53,304 nucleotides of DNA from Octopus bimaculoides (Eukaryota): NCBI RefSeq assembly GCF_001194135.2, contig NC_068983.1, positions 110,213,417 to 110,266,720 of the forward strand. The letters are read 5' to 3'. Each line of letters starts with the position of its first letter. Within the stretch, counting starts at the first letter, position 1. This document shows positions 24,294-37,890 of the stretch, one piece after another. Below the pieces are notes generated by a model, which was not told where the DNA came from, ran no database searches, and saw only the letters and a list, made by a program, of their open reading frames with translations. The position numbers and the translations under genes are program-made.

Positions 24294-25329
24294 GAAATAC
24301 AAACTATGTTCTTAAAAAATATAGGTTTACTAAATATATATTGGTGTACATTTTATTTTCAGATCTTCAATCACCCTATCAAAATACATGAGGAATTGTG
24401 GTAGATTAAGCTAAAGTAATTTTCTACCATATGTGGTAAAATATTTGCTTTGAAAACTGCTAAATATGTTCTTAATGTTTCATTTATTTCCTTTTATGCA
24501 AATATGATAATTGCCTGAATGTTATTTCCTTTCATTTTTTCAGACATGAGAATTATATATACGGTACATTCCATATGTAGTTTCAGTAACATTATGCATG
24601 AATGGGGAAACAATGAATACATTTTAAAGATTAATATTGGTAACTCTGTCAAAGAGTTTGTTCCTTTACGTTACTTTTCAGTATCAGAATTCTAGAATTT
24701 CGATTGTTTATATCTCACAAAGTTGTGTGAGATTACACAAGATGGAAGTTGGCAATGAAAATGTTTCCATCACAGGAAGACAATACAACACTTCATATTC
24801 AGTGTTATTTCGTCGGTAGAGTAAGTTATAACAGTGATAGTAATCGATTTGAAATTACCTAAAATTTATAATAATCATGAAAAACAACAAACGCTGTTTA
24901 ACTTTTAAATAATCATATCATTATTTAGGAATCTAAATATTGTTTTTTTCGCCTTAAGTAATATATTTTCCTGAGAAAAGACGAGTTTGATTTGATTCTG
25001 AGTTTTGAAAATCAAACAATATATCATGTGTCTTCTCGGGTATTTTTCTTTTCACATTCCCTACACTATTAGTCCTTATGCCTGCCTAGGTGCCTGCTTA
25101 TCTACATACATGTCTACGTTCATACAAGCATACATGCCTACATACATACATACATACATACATACATACATACATACATGCATACATATATACAAGCATA
25201 CTTATATTCGGAGAAATTCATACTTAGAAGTGTACGCGAATAAACACACATACACACACCCCACACGATAGACCTATCCGTATGTAGATACGTGCATACA
25301 CACATATATCTAAATTAACTCAAAGAATA

Positions 25330-25450
25330 TAAACTCTACTGTCTCTTATTTATTCTCTTTTCAACTTTTCTCTGAAGAAGGGCACTGTCCAAAACGTTGA
25401 ATTTTTCACCCCTCCTGGCAAGTTCACTGTATTCTTTTTATCGATTATAG
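25330..25450 (+). mobile_element. Short Penelope-type terminal-repeat fragment with degenerate hammerhead-like core
   Basis: CTGAAGA-A-GGGC-ACT-GTCC-AAAAC-GTT at 25372-25398. Confidence 0.4.
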
Positions 25451-25633
25451 TACATGATACAAGCCTTGTGACGTATACAAACACCAGACACTTTGGAATC
25501 TGTTTGATTACACACACACACTTACGCACACAAGCACACACGCACAACACACATATATGTATATACATGTAATATGAATGAATGTCTTGATATATATATA
25601 TATATTTGTATATACAATACATATACATACATC

Positions 25634-25669
<36 letters not shown>

Positions 25670-27071
25670 NNNNNNNNNNNNNNNNNNNNNNNNNNNNNNN
25701 NNNNNNNNNNNNNNNNNNNNNNNNNNNNNNNNNNNNNNNNNNNNNNNNNNNNNNNNNNNNNNNNNNNNNNNNNNNNNNNNNNNNNNNNNNNNNNNNNNNN
25801 NNNNNNNNNNNNNNNNNNNNNNNNNNNNNNNNNNNNNNNNNNNNNNNNNNNNNNNNNNNNNNNNNNNNNNNNNNNNNNNNNNNNNNNNNNNNNNNNNNNN
25901 NNNNNNNNNNNNNNNNNNNNNNNNNNNNNNNNNNNNNNNNNNNNNNNNNNNNNNNNNNNNNNNNNNNNNNNNNNNNNNNNNNNNNNNNNNNNNNNNNNNN
26001 NNNNNNNNNNNNNNNTATATATATATATATATAATGTGTGTGTGTGTGTGTGTACGTGCGCGCGTGTGTGTGTGCATGCAACATTTCGAAAGATAGTCTG
26101 GTTTAATGTGAACAAGAAATATTCACGAAAAAGCTTTGGAGTTTGCAATATTATGCTTTGAAAAACCAATTGTTACAAATTTATGAAATTAACCTTCTTA
26201 TGAATTTCAAAAGCTGCTCTAATCCTGGGGACAAGTTTCAGTAAAGCGTATAATACGAAGTGTTTCTGAGTCATGTGAAGGGGCTAATAAGTAACTGGAA
26301 ATTTCTCAATGCATTTAGAGGAAATAGCTATGTAGGTCTTAGCCCATAAAACCTTAAGTATTTTCCTTTATCGAATAAAAAAGAAATGTTTGTGTGGTTT
26401 ATTTTATAAAAGAAGTAAAACAAGATTCAAATAAATCTGTTGAAGATAATGTTCATAATTCCGGAAAAACAGGATAACGATGAAATACTTAAAGTTATTG
26501 ATATTTAATGTGAATCAATATTTATAGATTATGAGTAATAAATATATTTATGCTATTCCTTAATATTATTTAAGTTAACTTTGATGCGGAATTCGGAATA
26601 CTATTTCAAGATAATCGCAAAGACATAGTTATTTTTCAGAATCGGTAATAGTCGGTAGATTTACTTTCATATCAGATACACGTTTAGCATTGTTTGAAGA
26701 CAAATTAAAGAGTAGAAACAACAAATTAAACATATTGTTGTCAACATCATGCTCTAACAGAAGAACAGTAGCAAATATTATATGCATCAGAATATTTGGC
26801 ATAACTCTTCCGATAATATTTACGCTAATTTGGATTGATTCAGACCGTTTGCATAGATGGCGTTATAGACTGTAGAGATAAGATTGAGAAAGCTGAAAGG
26901 AAAGGGAGAGCACAAAGTTAAACTTTTATCATTGAACGCTAATATGGATTCACAGGAAATTGAAAGGCTTTTGCTCTTTCAAAGTTCGTAAAGACTATCG
27001 ATTTGCAACTTTTAAGATATACATACCTATGTATATGTGTATATACATACAAACACACACACACACACATA

Positions 27072-27105
<34 letters not shown>

Positions 27106-27453
27106 NNNNNNNNNNNNNNNNNNNNNNNNNNNNNNNNNNNNNNNNNNNNNNNNNNNNNNNNNNNNNNNNNNNNNNNNNNNNNNNNNNNNNNNNNNNNNNN
27201 NNNNNNNNNNNNNNNNNNNNNNNNNNNNNNNNNNNNNNNNNNNNNNNNNNNNNNNNNNNNNNNNNNNNNNNNNNNNNNNNNNNNNNNNNNNNNNNNNNNN
27301 NNNNNNNNNNNNNNNNNNNNNNNNNNNNNNNNNNNNNNNNNNNNNNNNNNNNNNNNNNNNNNNNNNNNNNNNNNNNNNNNNNNNNNNNNNNNNNNNNNNN
27401 NNNNNNNNNNNNNNNNNNNNNNNNNNNNNNNNNNNNNNNNNNNNNNNNNNNNN

Positions 27454-27500
<47 letters not shown>

Positions 27501-27544
27501 AATTAGGATTGATTTCGTATAGCGGTATAAAACTAGAATATTTA

Positions 27545-27660
27545 CGGTGAAGTTCAGTTGATTAAATCAATCCAGTAGATATATGGCACTTATTGTATCA
27601 AATGTAGGAATAAAATGGAAGAAAAACGCCTAACCCTGGGATTTAAACGCGGAACACTAC
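27545..27660 (-). mobile_element. SINE family B, very diverged
   Basis: GTTGATTAAATCAATCCAGT...GGCACTTATTGTATC...GGGATTTAAACGCGGAAC. Confidence 0.45.
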
Positions 27661-28231
27661 TGAATGATATTTCTCCAAGTCTCAGTCATTTATGAGCTAT
27701 AATGTCCATAAACATCTCGTAATATTTATATTTGTAACAGACTTAAAAATTGCTTGGTAGTGCACATTTGATTAAGTCGAATTATGTACTTGACTTGTAG
27801 TATTTTATAAAATCTTAAACATAAAATAGTGTCATTTTCAGGATGATTTGACTGGGAACATAAAGAAATGAAACTAAACATCACGAATGTGCTCTTATAG
27901 ATTTAACATCCACTATCCTGATATATCTCTGAATATCCTGATAAAAATGCTGAGAACCCCAAATAACGTTACAATATACTTAATCATTTACAAAAGCTAT
28001 TATCGTAGAATTAAGCAAGCCTGATTCGGCTGCGTTTTGTTTCCGTTGTTAATGAAAATTAGAAAACACCAGTGATAACGATTTCATCTATCTTTCTGAC
28101 GCCTGTGAATCTCAGGACTACTAATTCGAGAAATTATCGCGTAAATGTTATCACTCGTATCACATCTTTTTTTATTCTTAAAGACAACCTAAGATTACAA
28201 ATGAATTAAATGCAGAATTACGCTTACCATA

Positions 28232-28232
<1 letters not shown>

Positions 28233-28280
<48 letters not shown>
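28233..28280. repeat. (TA)n microsatellite
   Basis: Direct read. Confidence 0.95.
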
Positions 28281-28282
<2 letters not shown>

Positions 28283-29390
28283 CGATTAAACATGGATATG
28301 TTTTACGAATAAGTGATATGAATCATCAGATTTGCTTTCAATCGCAGTTGTCTACCCTCAATTCAACTGCTCTAGGAGACATATATTTTCGGTATACTAT
28401 ATAGCCTCCCAATTATAACTATCCTGTCTCGTGTTCAAGTATTGTGCACACTATCAAATGAATTCTTTTAATAGGGGTAGAATGTAAACTGAGAAAAATA
28501 TGGATTCTATTTTTATCAGATCGAAGGAGAAGGAAGGGGCCAAATTTTTGTTAAGAAATAATGTATGCTACAAAAGATTAATCAAGATAATTTAGCAGTT
28601 GTTGAGTATATGATATTCCACATTTTATATTAGTGAGCCATATCTGATCATTTTCAGTTAATCTTAGTATGAGTTTAAAGTCTTGAATAATGAACATAGC
28701 AAAGTCGTTGTGAAAAAATCAAAGTAATGGAATTTTGGCTGGTGATTGAGTTCTCTATTTATTCGAGTAGCTGTGAATATTATTTTATGAGTTAATTACA
28801 TGAAGTTAACTAACCCCTATTTTGTAAAGCCGTAAAATCTGAAGGAGCTCGTCATCTTCTGTGTTGGCAAATAACACAAGTGCAAAGAGCGGAATTAATT
28901 TTATGTTGAGGAAAAGCGAAGGTCAACGTTTCAGGAACAACGCTTCGTTGGCAAGATATGAAATATTTAGTAGATTATAACTCACTCTCTACAAAACGTT
29001 TCTAGAGTATTTCCATAGCCAATATTTATTTCACGATTCGTTAGATTTGTTTTTAACGAGTTAATGAAATAAGGAAGAGCAGCTTTGATGTCATGTGCAG
29101 CACATCTGAAACTGTTGGCGGCGGCGAAGAGATGAAAAAGCACGACAAATAGGAGAGTTGTGGAAATAAAAAGCAGTATACCAAAATATCTAATTATGCT
29201 GATATCAGAGACCGAAACTAAATACTTTCAAGCTTAGAGACTTTAAAGACTTCCAACGGCCAAGTAGTGTTGTTTTACTGTGTGACAGATTAGGTTTACC
29301 AATAAAGAACGAGCATAGTCTAATTGCGTCACGCATAGTTTCCGTCTGCCTAATTCCACTTCCTCAATTCGTAGATATGCTGAATAATGA

Positions 29391-29597
29391 TTTCAAATTT
29401 TGGCACAAGGCCACCAATTTGGGGGTAGGTGTAAGTCGATTACATCGATCCCAGTGTTCAACTGGTACTTATTTTATCGAGCCCGAAAGGATGAAAGGTA
29501 TAGTCGACCTCTCGGAAGAACTCCGAACGTAGAGACGGAAGAAATGCTGCTAAGCGTTTTGCCCGTCGCAGTAAAAATTCGGCTAACTCATCGCCTT
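29391..29597 (-). mobile_element. SINE family B, full length
   Basis: TTTCAAATTTTGGCACAAGGCC...GTCGATTACATCGATCCCAGTG...TCGCCTT. Confidence 0.85.
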
Positions 29598-30569
29598 AGA
29601 TATGGTAACTAATACTATCTGAAGTTACCGCGTTATTATATGGTATCGCATTATTACCTGCAGAACGATGCTTACGTCCATAATACCAAATTATTTTGAA
29701 TAATGAAATAATATTATCTTACTATGGCAGAATATAACATATAAGCGGGCTAATATAGCCGATTGAAAACTTTCAATACGGTAATGGCACTTATTTTATT
29801 AGCACTTGAGACATTGAAACGATATATCCAACGATCTGGGATATGAAACGAAAATGTAAATACCAAAAGGCATTTCTCCTGTGACTGCCGATTCTGACAT
29901 CAATCAAATGTTTACAATTAATCATTTCAAATTTCTGGTATACATAAAAAGCCATGTACGAATAATATCATACACTAACAAACTTAATGCAAAGGTTATC
30001 CTTAATTATTTATTCTTCGCATTCTTGGAATAAGGACTATTCACGATATATTACAGAAAGTATCACGCGGTACTTATAATGTCAAACTGTAACGTAAATA
30101 TAACTTCATTTGTTTTGGTTTGTTAAACAGTAATGAATAATATAAAAGTGTGTGTACTGGTAAAAAGCAACGTAATTACCCCGTATTCTTAATTAGATAG
30201 TGTGAATATTAAAATAGTTTTGCAGTAGATTAGTTTAACTAATCTAAAAACAAATTTAGATGACACAATGTTTAGTAGATGTGTTTTATAATGTATATTC
30301 CGTTAGTGCAATTTAGTACAAAACTCAGACGTTTTTAGTACCTATTTTATGATTAGTTTATAGTAAGTTCTGAATGTTGAAGATCAAATTTGTTGAAATT
30401 CACGAAACTCATCAAGCAGTGCCTTTGAATCAATTATTAAACTCCTTGTCTTTATACAACCCTGCTATTCATGTTTTTTTATCTGTTATATGGAAGATAA
30501 GTAGGTTATTCCACTATTGTTTGTTTTCTTGATAATTGCTATACAGTATATGAAAAGGAAAAAGATATA

Positions 30570-31275
30570 CACTGAACCGCAAAAGAAACGCGATTTTTTC
30601 AAATGTCACTTTTATATGGTAGATTCTGAAAATTCATTTCGGGGACGTTAGTGTAAATATTCCAAGACATGCTGATTTATGGCTGAGACCCAAATTGAAG
30701 GTAACCTTTCAACTTTCCCAGAAACGAGACGCCAAAACGCAGGTGCGTTGAATGCCGTGGGTAGCAGTCGAAAACAACTGTCATGAAACTGAGATGCATA
30801 TACATCTCGTGGAGGTTATGGGTATAAAAATCAACTTGAACCACAGTCGTACTTTTGGACGAAGAAAGTATGACCCGATTGTCAGCAGCGCAGAGTGAAC
30901 AAACTATCGGCCGATTGCAAGCAGGGTAACGTGCCCTGGTTGTTGCGAAAGTTTACAATGTCCATGTCACCACCATCTATCGCCTGCAACAGCGATACAA
31001 CACCAACAGCACTGCAGACCATGCCCGCATAAGGAACTCCAGGGTGACAACGTCCAGGCTAGACGGTTTCATCCACCTGCAACACTTCCGCGATCACTTC
31101 AGACCGTGACAGCTCTCGAAATCATTGGTACTGGACAGCGACACATCAACGACGACACGGTACGATGTTAACTGGCCGCTAAAATCTGCGTTGCCGTCGT
31201 CCTGCTCGAGGGTCTGTCTTCACCGCTCGCCACCGTCAAGCACGACTACAGTGGGTTACACGGCACCAACATTTT
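30570..31275 (+). mobile_element. Tc1-family transposon 5' fragment (left TIR and N-terminal transposase pseudogene)
   Basis: TA then CACTGAACCGCAAAAGAAACGC; ATG 30870: MTRLSAAQSEQTIGRLQAG*RALVVAKVYNVHVTTIYRLQQRY...RVTTSRLDGFIHLQHFRDHF.../RCRRPARGSVFTARHRQARLQWVTRHQH (paired-like HTH); stops and frameshifts, no DDE domain. Confidence 0.85.
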
Positions 31276-31756
31276 GTTTATCTTGAAATGACTCATTGTG
31301 AAAGAAAAAATGGAAGACCATTGATATCATACTCCGACAGGGTGTAGATTTCCCAATATTTCAACAGAAACTTTTTGTATGAAAAATACCCATAACTATT
31401 GCTGCGGATGGAACTCAATCCTGTTAGAATTCATTGTTTCAACGAATGGTACCACCAGATAATGACAAATAATTCAGATAAAAAATACCGTATAATTCCT
31501 CACAAGATACTTTAAATCTGTCGCGCAAAGAGTACAAAAGAAAACGGAAAAAACATGCCGCCTAAAGGAAAATATGATAGAAGCAGTCAAATCGATACCC
31601 AATGAAATTGATGACACTCTAGATAAAAGGTCGTATTTCACTCTTCAAGTGTAGCAAAATAAAACTTAGAAAGTGCATAAATGGAGACGAGAAAGTATGT
31701 TTCTTTTTTGTATATGTGTATATTACGGAGACAGAATAGGGGAAAATAACCCTAAG

Positions 31757-32132
31757 TTTGGCACAAGGCCAGAAACTTCGGTGAGTGGATCAGTCGATTG
31801 ACCCCAATGCCCAACTGGTACTAATTTTATCGCCTCCGAAAGATAAAAGGCAAAGCCGAGCTCGACGGAATTTGAACCCAGAACTTGAAGAAGGAAGAAA
31901 TGCTGCTAAGCATTTTGCCTGGTTTATTAACAATTCTGCAAGCTCACCGCCTTCAATAAAAAACCGATTTAAAATTTTGACACAAGGCCAGTAATTTTAG
32001 AGTATGGGGTAAATAGATTATACAGACAACAATACTCAACGGGTGCTTATCTTATCGACCGGCGGAATTTGAACTAAGAATGCCGCTAAACATTTCGCCC
32101 GGCATGCTAACGATTCTGACAACTCTCCGCCT
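31757..32132 (-). mobile_element. Two tandem SINE family B copies (31757-31953, 31968-32132)
   Basis: Both begin TTTGG/ACACAAGGCCAG and end CGCCT on the plus strand. Confidence 0.85.
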
Positions 32133-32449
32133 AAAACAAAAGGAATATTAGCAATTGAAATACAACCGTAAAAGAGAAAATACATCGTGAAAACACAAGT
32201 AATATTTACAAAACAACAACAATCAGGCATCTGAGAATGTAAAGCAGCTGAGAGATACCGTACATGATTCCCGATAGAAATATATGAAATAAAACCCGAG
32301 CCGTGGAACTGAAAAATACTGATCTATAATATCAAAGACCAAAATTGAATACACAAAAATCTAAATAGAAAGGAATAAGAGAAAGATTGGATGCAGGAAA
32401 TTGTAAAGGTGAAAATATTGATCTCGATTTTCTAAAACTGAGTATTCTT

Positions 32450-32835
32450 TTACTCTTTTACTTGTTTCAGTCATTGACCTGCAGCCATACTGGAGCAATA
32501 TTTTGAAGAACAGTTAGTCGAATGAGTCGGCTCCAGTAATTATCTATTTTAAGCCTGGCAGTTATTCTATCGGCCTTTTCGGTGAACTCTTAAGTTACGA
32601 GTTGTCAAGCGGTTGTTGGGGGACAAACATAAACACAAGGATACGCGCGCGCGCACACTCACTCACACACGCACAATCACGCACACACACACATACACAC
32701 CGAGCGTCTTTCAGTTTCCGTCTATTTATTCCAATCACAAGGCCCGATGCTATAGCAGAAGACACTTGCCTATGTGTCACAGGCCTGAAACCATGTCGTT
32801 GGAAAGCAAGCTTCTTAGCACACAGCCACGCTCGT
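32450..32835 (-). mobile_element. SINE family A, full length
   Basis: Reverse complement of family A head at ~32790-32835 and tail at 32450-32485. Confidence 0.85.
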
Positions 32836-32879
32836 ACAAATAATGAATTATAAAAATGAATACATCTTCCCATGGGCGA

Positions 32880-34430
32880 CCGAAAGCTTTTCTCTAAGCA
32901 ACAAAACAACACAAACTTCGCTGTCAGACACTTAAATATACCTAGTGAAACATCACCGTTACCAAACTAAACGAAGTACTACAAGCAGCAACCACTGCAT
33001 TTACAAATGAAGATGGGTGCTCGCTTGGACTCATTCAAATACGAATATCAAAACTTAAACAAACAACATGGAAAACAAATATTCACAAACAAATAGAAAA
33101 TAAGAGTAACGGTCTGTGAATGGCTAATGAAATCAAACCAAAATATAAATGAATAACAGAAAAGAAAGACATACACTACAGAAATACAACAATAACAAAA
33201 AAGAATTTTATGAAAATTTCGGTAAAAATAGAATAAAAGTCAAAAGTAGCATCAGTAGTATGAGATATAGGAGAATATAGAGGAGCAATATGTGATGCAA
33301 AAGAATCACCACAGGAAAGATTGGTTAAAAGGACGCAACTTCTGAAGACACGGATGACACGGTGGTGTCCATAACAAAAGAAATACTAACAAAGATATTG
33401 CAAAAAGAAAAAAAAATCAGCTCTTCAGGTAAGATTATTAAATTCGAGTTAGAATATTTTATAATGATAAATAAAATACTAACTGGGAATTGTAATGAGA
33501 TGCTAACGACACCAGAAATATCATTTCCTGAAATTACATGCCCTCGAAATTTTAGAAACATAACACGTCTTACTACGGCTTACAAACTTTTAACTGCAAT
33601 AATATCGTACAAAAGGAATTATCATTTAGAGAGGCAGCATATTTTCAGAAGAAAAGAGGTTTTGCTAAGGCGCTCATATAACTACAAAGATCGATTACTG
33701 ATCAGCAAAGCTATAATCGAGGACAGCCGGGGATAAAAGAAGGGTCAAGTGCGTGGTGTGGATTGACTACCTGAAAGCTTTAGGTAGAAATCCTCATTCG
33801 TAGATTCATGACGAACTAGTCAAGACAAAGGTATCATCAATAAAATGCATAAAACTTGTCATGAGTAAATGCATCAAATATTGTTTACAGTCGCAGAAGG
33901 ATCAAATTTTGGAAGTAAACCCATTTCCATTAGAAGAGGAATGTTCGAAAGAAAATCTTTCGTCCAGCTCTTTTACTTTCAGTCAATGATGCCTTTAAGC
34001 AACATCATAAATTGAACTGACACTGAACACAAACACTACATTGTGACAATCAGCCATCTTTTGTATATAAATAACATCAAGATGTATGATGCAAATGATA
34101 AATAATTAGAAAAAGTACTGTAGAATGTAAACAGATTTGTCAAAGAAATAAAAATGTGTTTGGCTTTAAAAAATGCGTAAAAGCATCATTAACGAAAGAA
34201 AAAAATGAAATAAAAAACTTTACTATCATATTAAAGAAACTGAAAGAATTAGAGCAAATGGATGTACGAATACTTAGGAATCACTGAACTAGATAGTTTA
34301 CAAGTACACATTATATGAAAGAAAAGCAGGAATATTATGACTGTATTAGATTAATATTTCTAGCAAAAATAAGAATTAAAAAAATATTCTACTGGTAAAC
34401 ATTTTAGCTGTCACAGTTGTAGTTAGAATA
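32880..34430 (+). mobile_element. RLE-LINE reverse-transcriptase region pseudogene
   Basis: NFRNITRLTTAYKLLTAII...KDRLLISKAIIED...VWIDYLKAL..NPHS; later TISHLLYINNIKMY (degenerate YMDD-type site, ~34047). Confidence 0.75.
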
Positions 34431-34514
34431 TTCTGACTTCGACGTTTGGGGAATAAGCACGATTAAGCAGCAAAGCAAGTAAAGTGATACCTTCTTCAGC
34501 AGGTAAACGACCTA

Positions 34515-34623
34515 AAATTCGTTTGGGTTAAATCTCAGCGGAATTTGAGCTCAGAAAGTAAAGTAGGAGGAAATGCCACTAAGCCTTGTGACCAGTGTGC
34601 GAAAGATTTTGTCAGCCCACTGC

Positions 34624-34627
<4 letters not shown>
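34515..34627 (-). mobile_element. SINE family B 5' part
   Basis: TCTCAGCGGAATTTGAGCTCAGAAAGTAAAG...GTCAGCCCACTGCGTTA abutting (AAT)n. Confidence 0.7.

Positions 34628-34688
<61 letters not shown>
34628..34688. repeat. (AAT)n microsatellite
   Basis: Direct read. Confidence 0.95.
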
Positions 34689-35509
34689 TGGGTTGAACTA
34701 AACAAAAAAGAAATAGACAAACCAAAATCCCAACAATGGTTGAGAAACTCAGGACTCAAAGCAGAGACTGAAGGATTTTTAATTGCAGCTCAAGATCAAA
34801 ACCATCCCACCAGAAATCACCAAAAACATGTAATGTAAAGAAATACAAGTAACTGCAGAATATGAGGAGATGAAGAAGAAACAATAAATCATATTGTCTC
34901 TGGCTGCCCAGTCCTGACTACGAAGGAATATATTCACAGTCCCGACAGAGTTGGGACCTACATACAGTGGAAGCTATGCCAATACTGGAGTAATAACAGA
35001 GAAAAGATGGTATAGACGCAGGCCAGAAAAGGTCACAGAAAATGAGAAATCAACAATAATATGAGATATGCCAATAAATACAGATAGAGAAATTAAGGCC
35101 ACTAGGCCAGATATAGTTGTCAGAGATCATATTCAGACAAATACATAATAAACACAACAGGACTAACATATATAGAAGGAATATATTCACAGACATGACG
35201 GTGTTTGGAACTCTATAGCCTGAAAGCTTTGCCAACACTATGGAATAACAACAGAAAAAAGATGGTATTGGCACACGCCAGAAAATGTCTCAGAAAATGA
35301 GAAAGCATCTATATTCTGGGATGTACACAGAGAGAGAAATTAAGGCCAATAGGCTGAATATGGTTGTCAGAGATCAACAAAAATAAAATGCTTCCTTATC
35401 AATACAGCAAACCACAACACATACCCAACGCAAACAGAGCTGCACTTGGTGGTGTAGTGAAAGCACGTGATAGAAATAAGACTACTAAATAATAATAATA
35501 ATAATAATG

Positions 35510-35561
<52 letters not shown>

Positions 35562-35574
35562 TAATAATAATAAT
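34689..35574 (+). mobile_element. RLE-LINE 3' region (zinc knuckle, PD endonuclease start, 3' UTR, (AAT)n tail), composed of two internally deleted copies
   Basis: SQQWLRNSGLKAETEGFLIAAQDQ...CRI*GDEEETINHIVSGCPVLTTKEYIH...DREIKATRPDIVVRDH; the KEYIH-to-VVRD segment recurs at ~35176-35377; UTR 35400-35487 matches 53186-53260 (minus). Confidence 0.85.
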
Positions 35575-35638
35575 TCACTCGCCCTAGGACGCTGGGTGTG
35601 GCTCGCCAATTGATTGTAACAAACATGAAGATTAAAAG

Positions 35639-35893
<255 letters not shown>

Positions 35894-35899
35894 GCGGAA

Positions 35900-36300
35900 A
35901 ATATGAAACGCCTTATATGGAGTAGTATAAAATATGAGAAGCCTTATATGGAATAACATGAAATGCTGGAGAAAGAAATTAACAGCAGGGAATCAATATT
36001 GGGAGAGGTGAAAATCAAGAGAGGTATATTTCAGGGGAACAGTGTGTCCCCACTTATCTTCGTGCTGAGAATGTTCCTCTTGACTGAAATACTACAGAAA
36101 ACAAAAGTTGCGGTATGATCTGGGAAGAGGTAAGGGAAAACTGAACCACTTGCTATCCATGGACGGCCTGAAGATATTCACAAAAACTGAAGCAGAATTG
36201 GACAGTCTAGTCCCATCTGTGCAGATTTTCTCGAATGATATGAAGATGGAGGTGATAAGTGTGGAAGACTGCGTACGTATCGAATTCGGGAGCTTACAGA
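35900..36300 (+). mobile_element. RLE-LINE RT core fragment
   Basis: LGEVKIKRGIFQGNSVSPLIFVL.../RYDLGRGKGKLNHLLSMDGLKIFTKTEAELDSLVPSVQIFSNDMKME (QGDxLSP and LLxMDD equivalents). Confidence 0.8.
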
Positions 36301-36539
36301 GATACCTATCATAAAGTAAAGAAACATTGCTAGCGTCAGGAATGAGGGTCTAATGAAAGCAGAATAAAAGGACTAATATGTATTTTAATAAGCTCTTTAG
36401 CTATTCGTGACATTTGTGTCTCATTAGACACTGTGATTTTGTGTATATCGCTAGCGGGGGTATCGCTGATATTGGATGGATTTATTTCGGGTAACAGTTT
36501 TTTGCTTTTTACCGACCATACAAATGACAAAAATGTCAA

Positions 36540-37890
36540 CATTTCTGATAAAACCTTTGTTTAAATGCTAAACTACGCGCTGGGTGCACATGCGGACAGG
36601 AAATTATTCTGCGTCTTGGCATCCTCTCTCAGCAGCTTAGCCACATCGTCCAAAATAAGTCTGACAAACAATTGTAAAGCATGCCCTTAATTATTCACTA
36701 CCACCAGTGAAGTCTGCTACTGTCTTCGAGACATCCGTAGCACCGAAACGCCGAGCAGATTAGTACTGGAATGACAAACGTCTGCTTGGAGCAAAATAAA
36801 ATCGCAACCATCCCAAGCTGTCAGTGACAGAATTGTATATTTATTTACACATCCTGCCCCCGCACCTGAGAACACCGAATGGCTCTTGTTCTCTTTTGTT
36901 TTCATACTTGAATCTTGGTCCCGACAACACAACCTTTGTGTTTTGCATACAAGAAATGCCCTCCACAAGCACATGTTCAGGATGTTTTCCTAATCACATT
37001 TACAAGTCTGTTTACTGGTTCTCTGTTTCTTTTTATTACTGGTCTTTTAGTAAACGCCACCGATTAAAATCTACCCTCCCCCCCTTTTTCAGAGTGCCCC
37101 AACTACTCAACTAGTCTTTGATGGTTGCCTTCATTAATTGGCGTTTGAAAGCATCTCTAATCCGACACCTTAAGTCAATGCATACCAAAAAATAACGAGT
37201 TTCAGTTATGGAGACTCTCTCTCTGAGACTTATCTAAGTTTGCTATACGGATCGCAAATTTGTGTTCTGTGTAGTCAACACGTTTAAATTGAAGCTACGT
37301 TGCACTTACTCTATACTCTATCCTAAGAATACTCTACCAAGATACGATCTGTATGGATGGCCAACCATGGTTGCAGCATATCTACAATGGCAAAATCAGG
37401 AAATGTTGCTGGTACCAGACAAAAGTTTAGAAACGTCTAAGTAGGTTTCCGAGGATTATGAACCTTCATTTCATTTGAGCTTATTCACCCACGTTTCATT
37501 TTCTCAACAATTATATCATCCATCTCAAATACAATTTCAATCCATCACTAGTACCAAAGACTTGTGAGTTTTCAGAAAAACTTCCAGACACTGAAACAAA
37601 TACAACCATCCTACCTCTGCCGGAACACAGGCCGCCACTCATCTAAAAGCACCGTTGAATCCTGTTGAATCCCCATTCATCATATAAGTGCATCCGGCGA
37701 TACTTTGTAGATTTTCTGAGGGGAGCACCATCAACAAAGCTAATTTCAGTTCTGCTAATTTTTGTGTAGGACTGCTCTCCTATAAGTAATCAGCTCATAC
37801 ACCTGTAAGGTCGTTCTGCAGTATCCCCAAGTTTATTCTAGGTGGCACATTACTGAGCACTTTAATTTTTCTTCCGCAATTTGTCATGAG
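36540..37890 (-). mobile_element. Possible L1/Tx1-type ORF1 remnants (two pieces: ~36540-37050, ~37560-37890)
   Basis: Minus-strand KKIKVLSNVPPRINLG (~37850-37890) and RFGATDV...CQTYFGR (~36640-36760); weak resemblance only. Confidence 0.3.

Noticed and set aside
28500-28560. Acceptor-like TTTTTATCAG followed by DRRRRKGPNFC
   Set aside because: Better explained as a degraded SINE B segment
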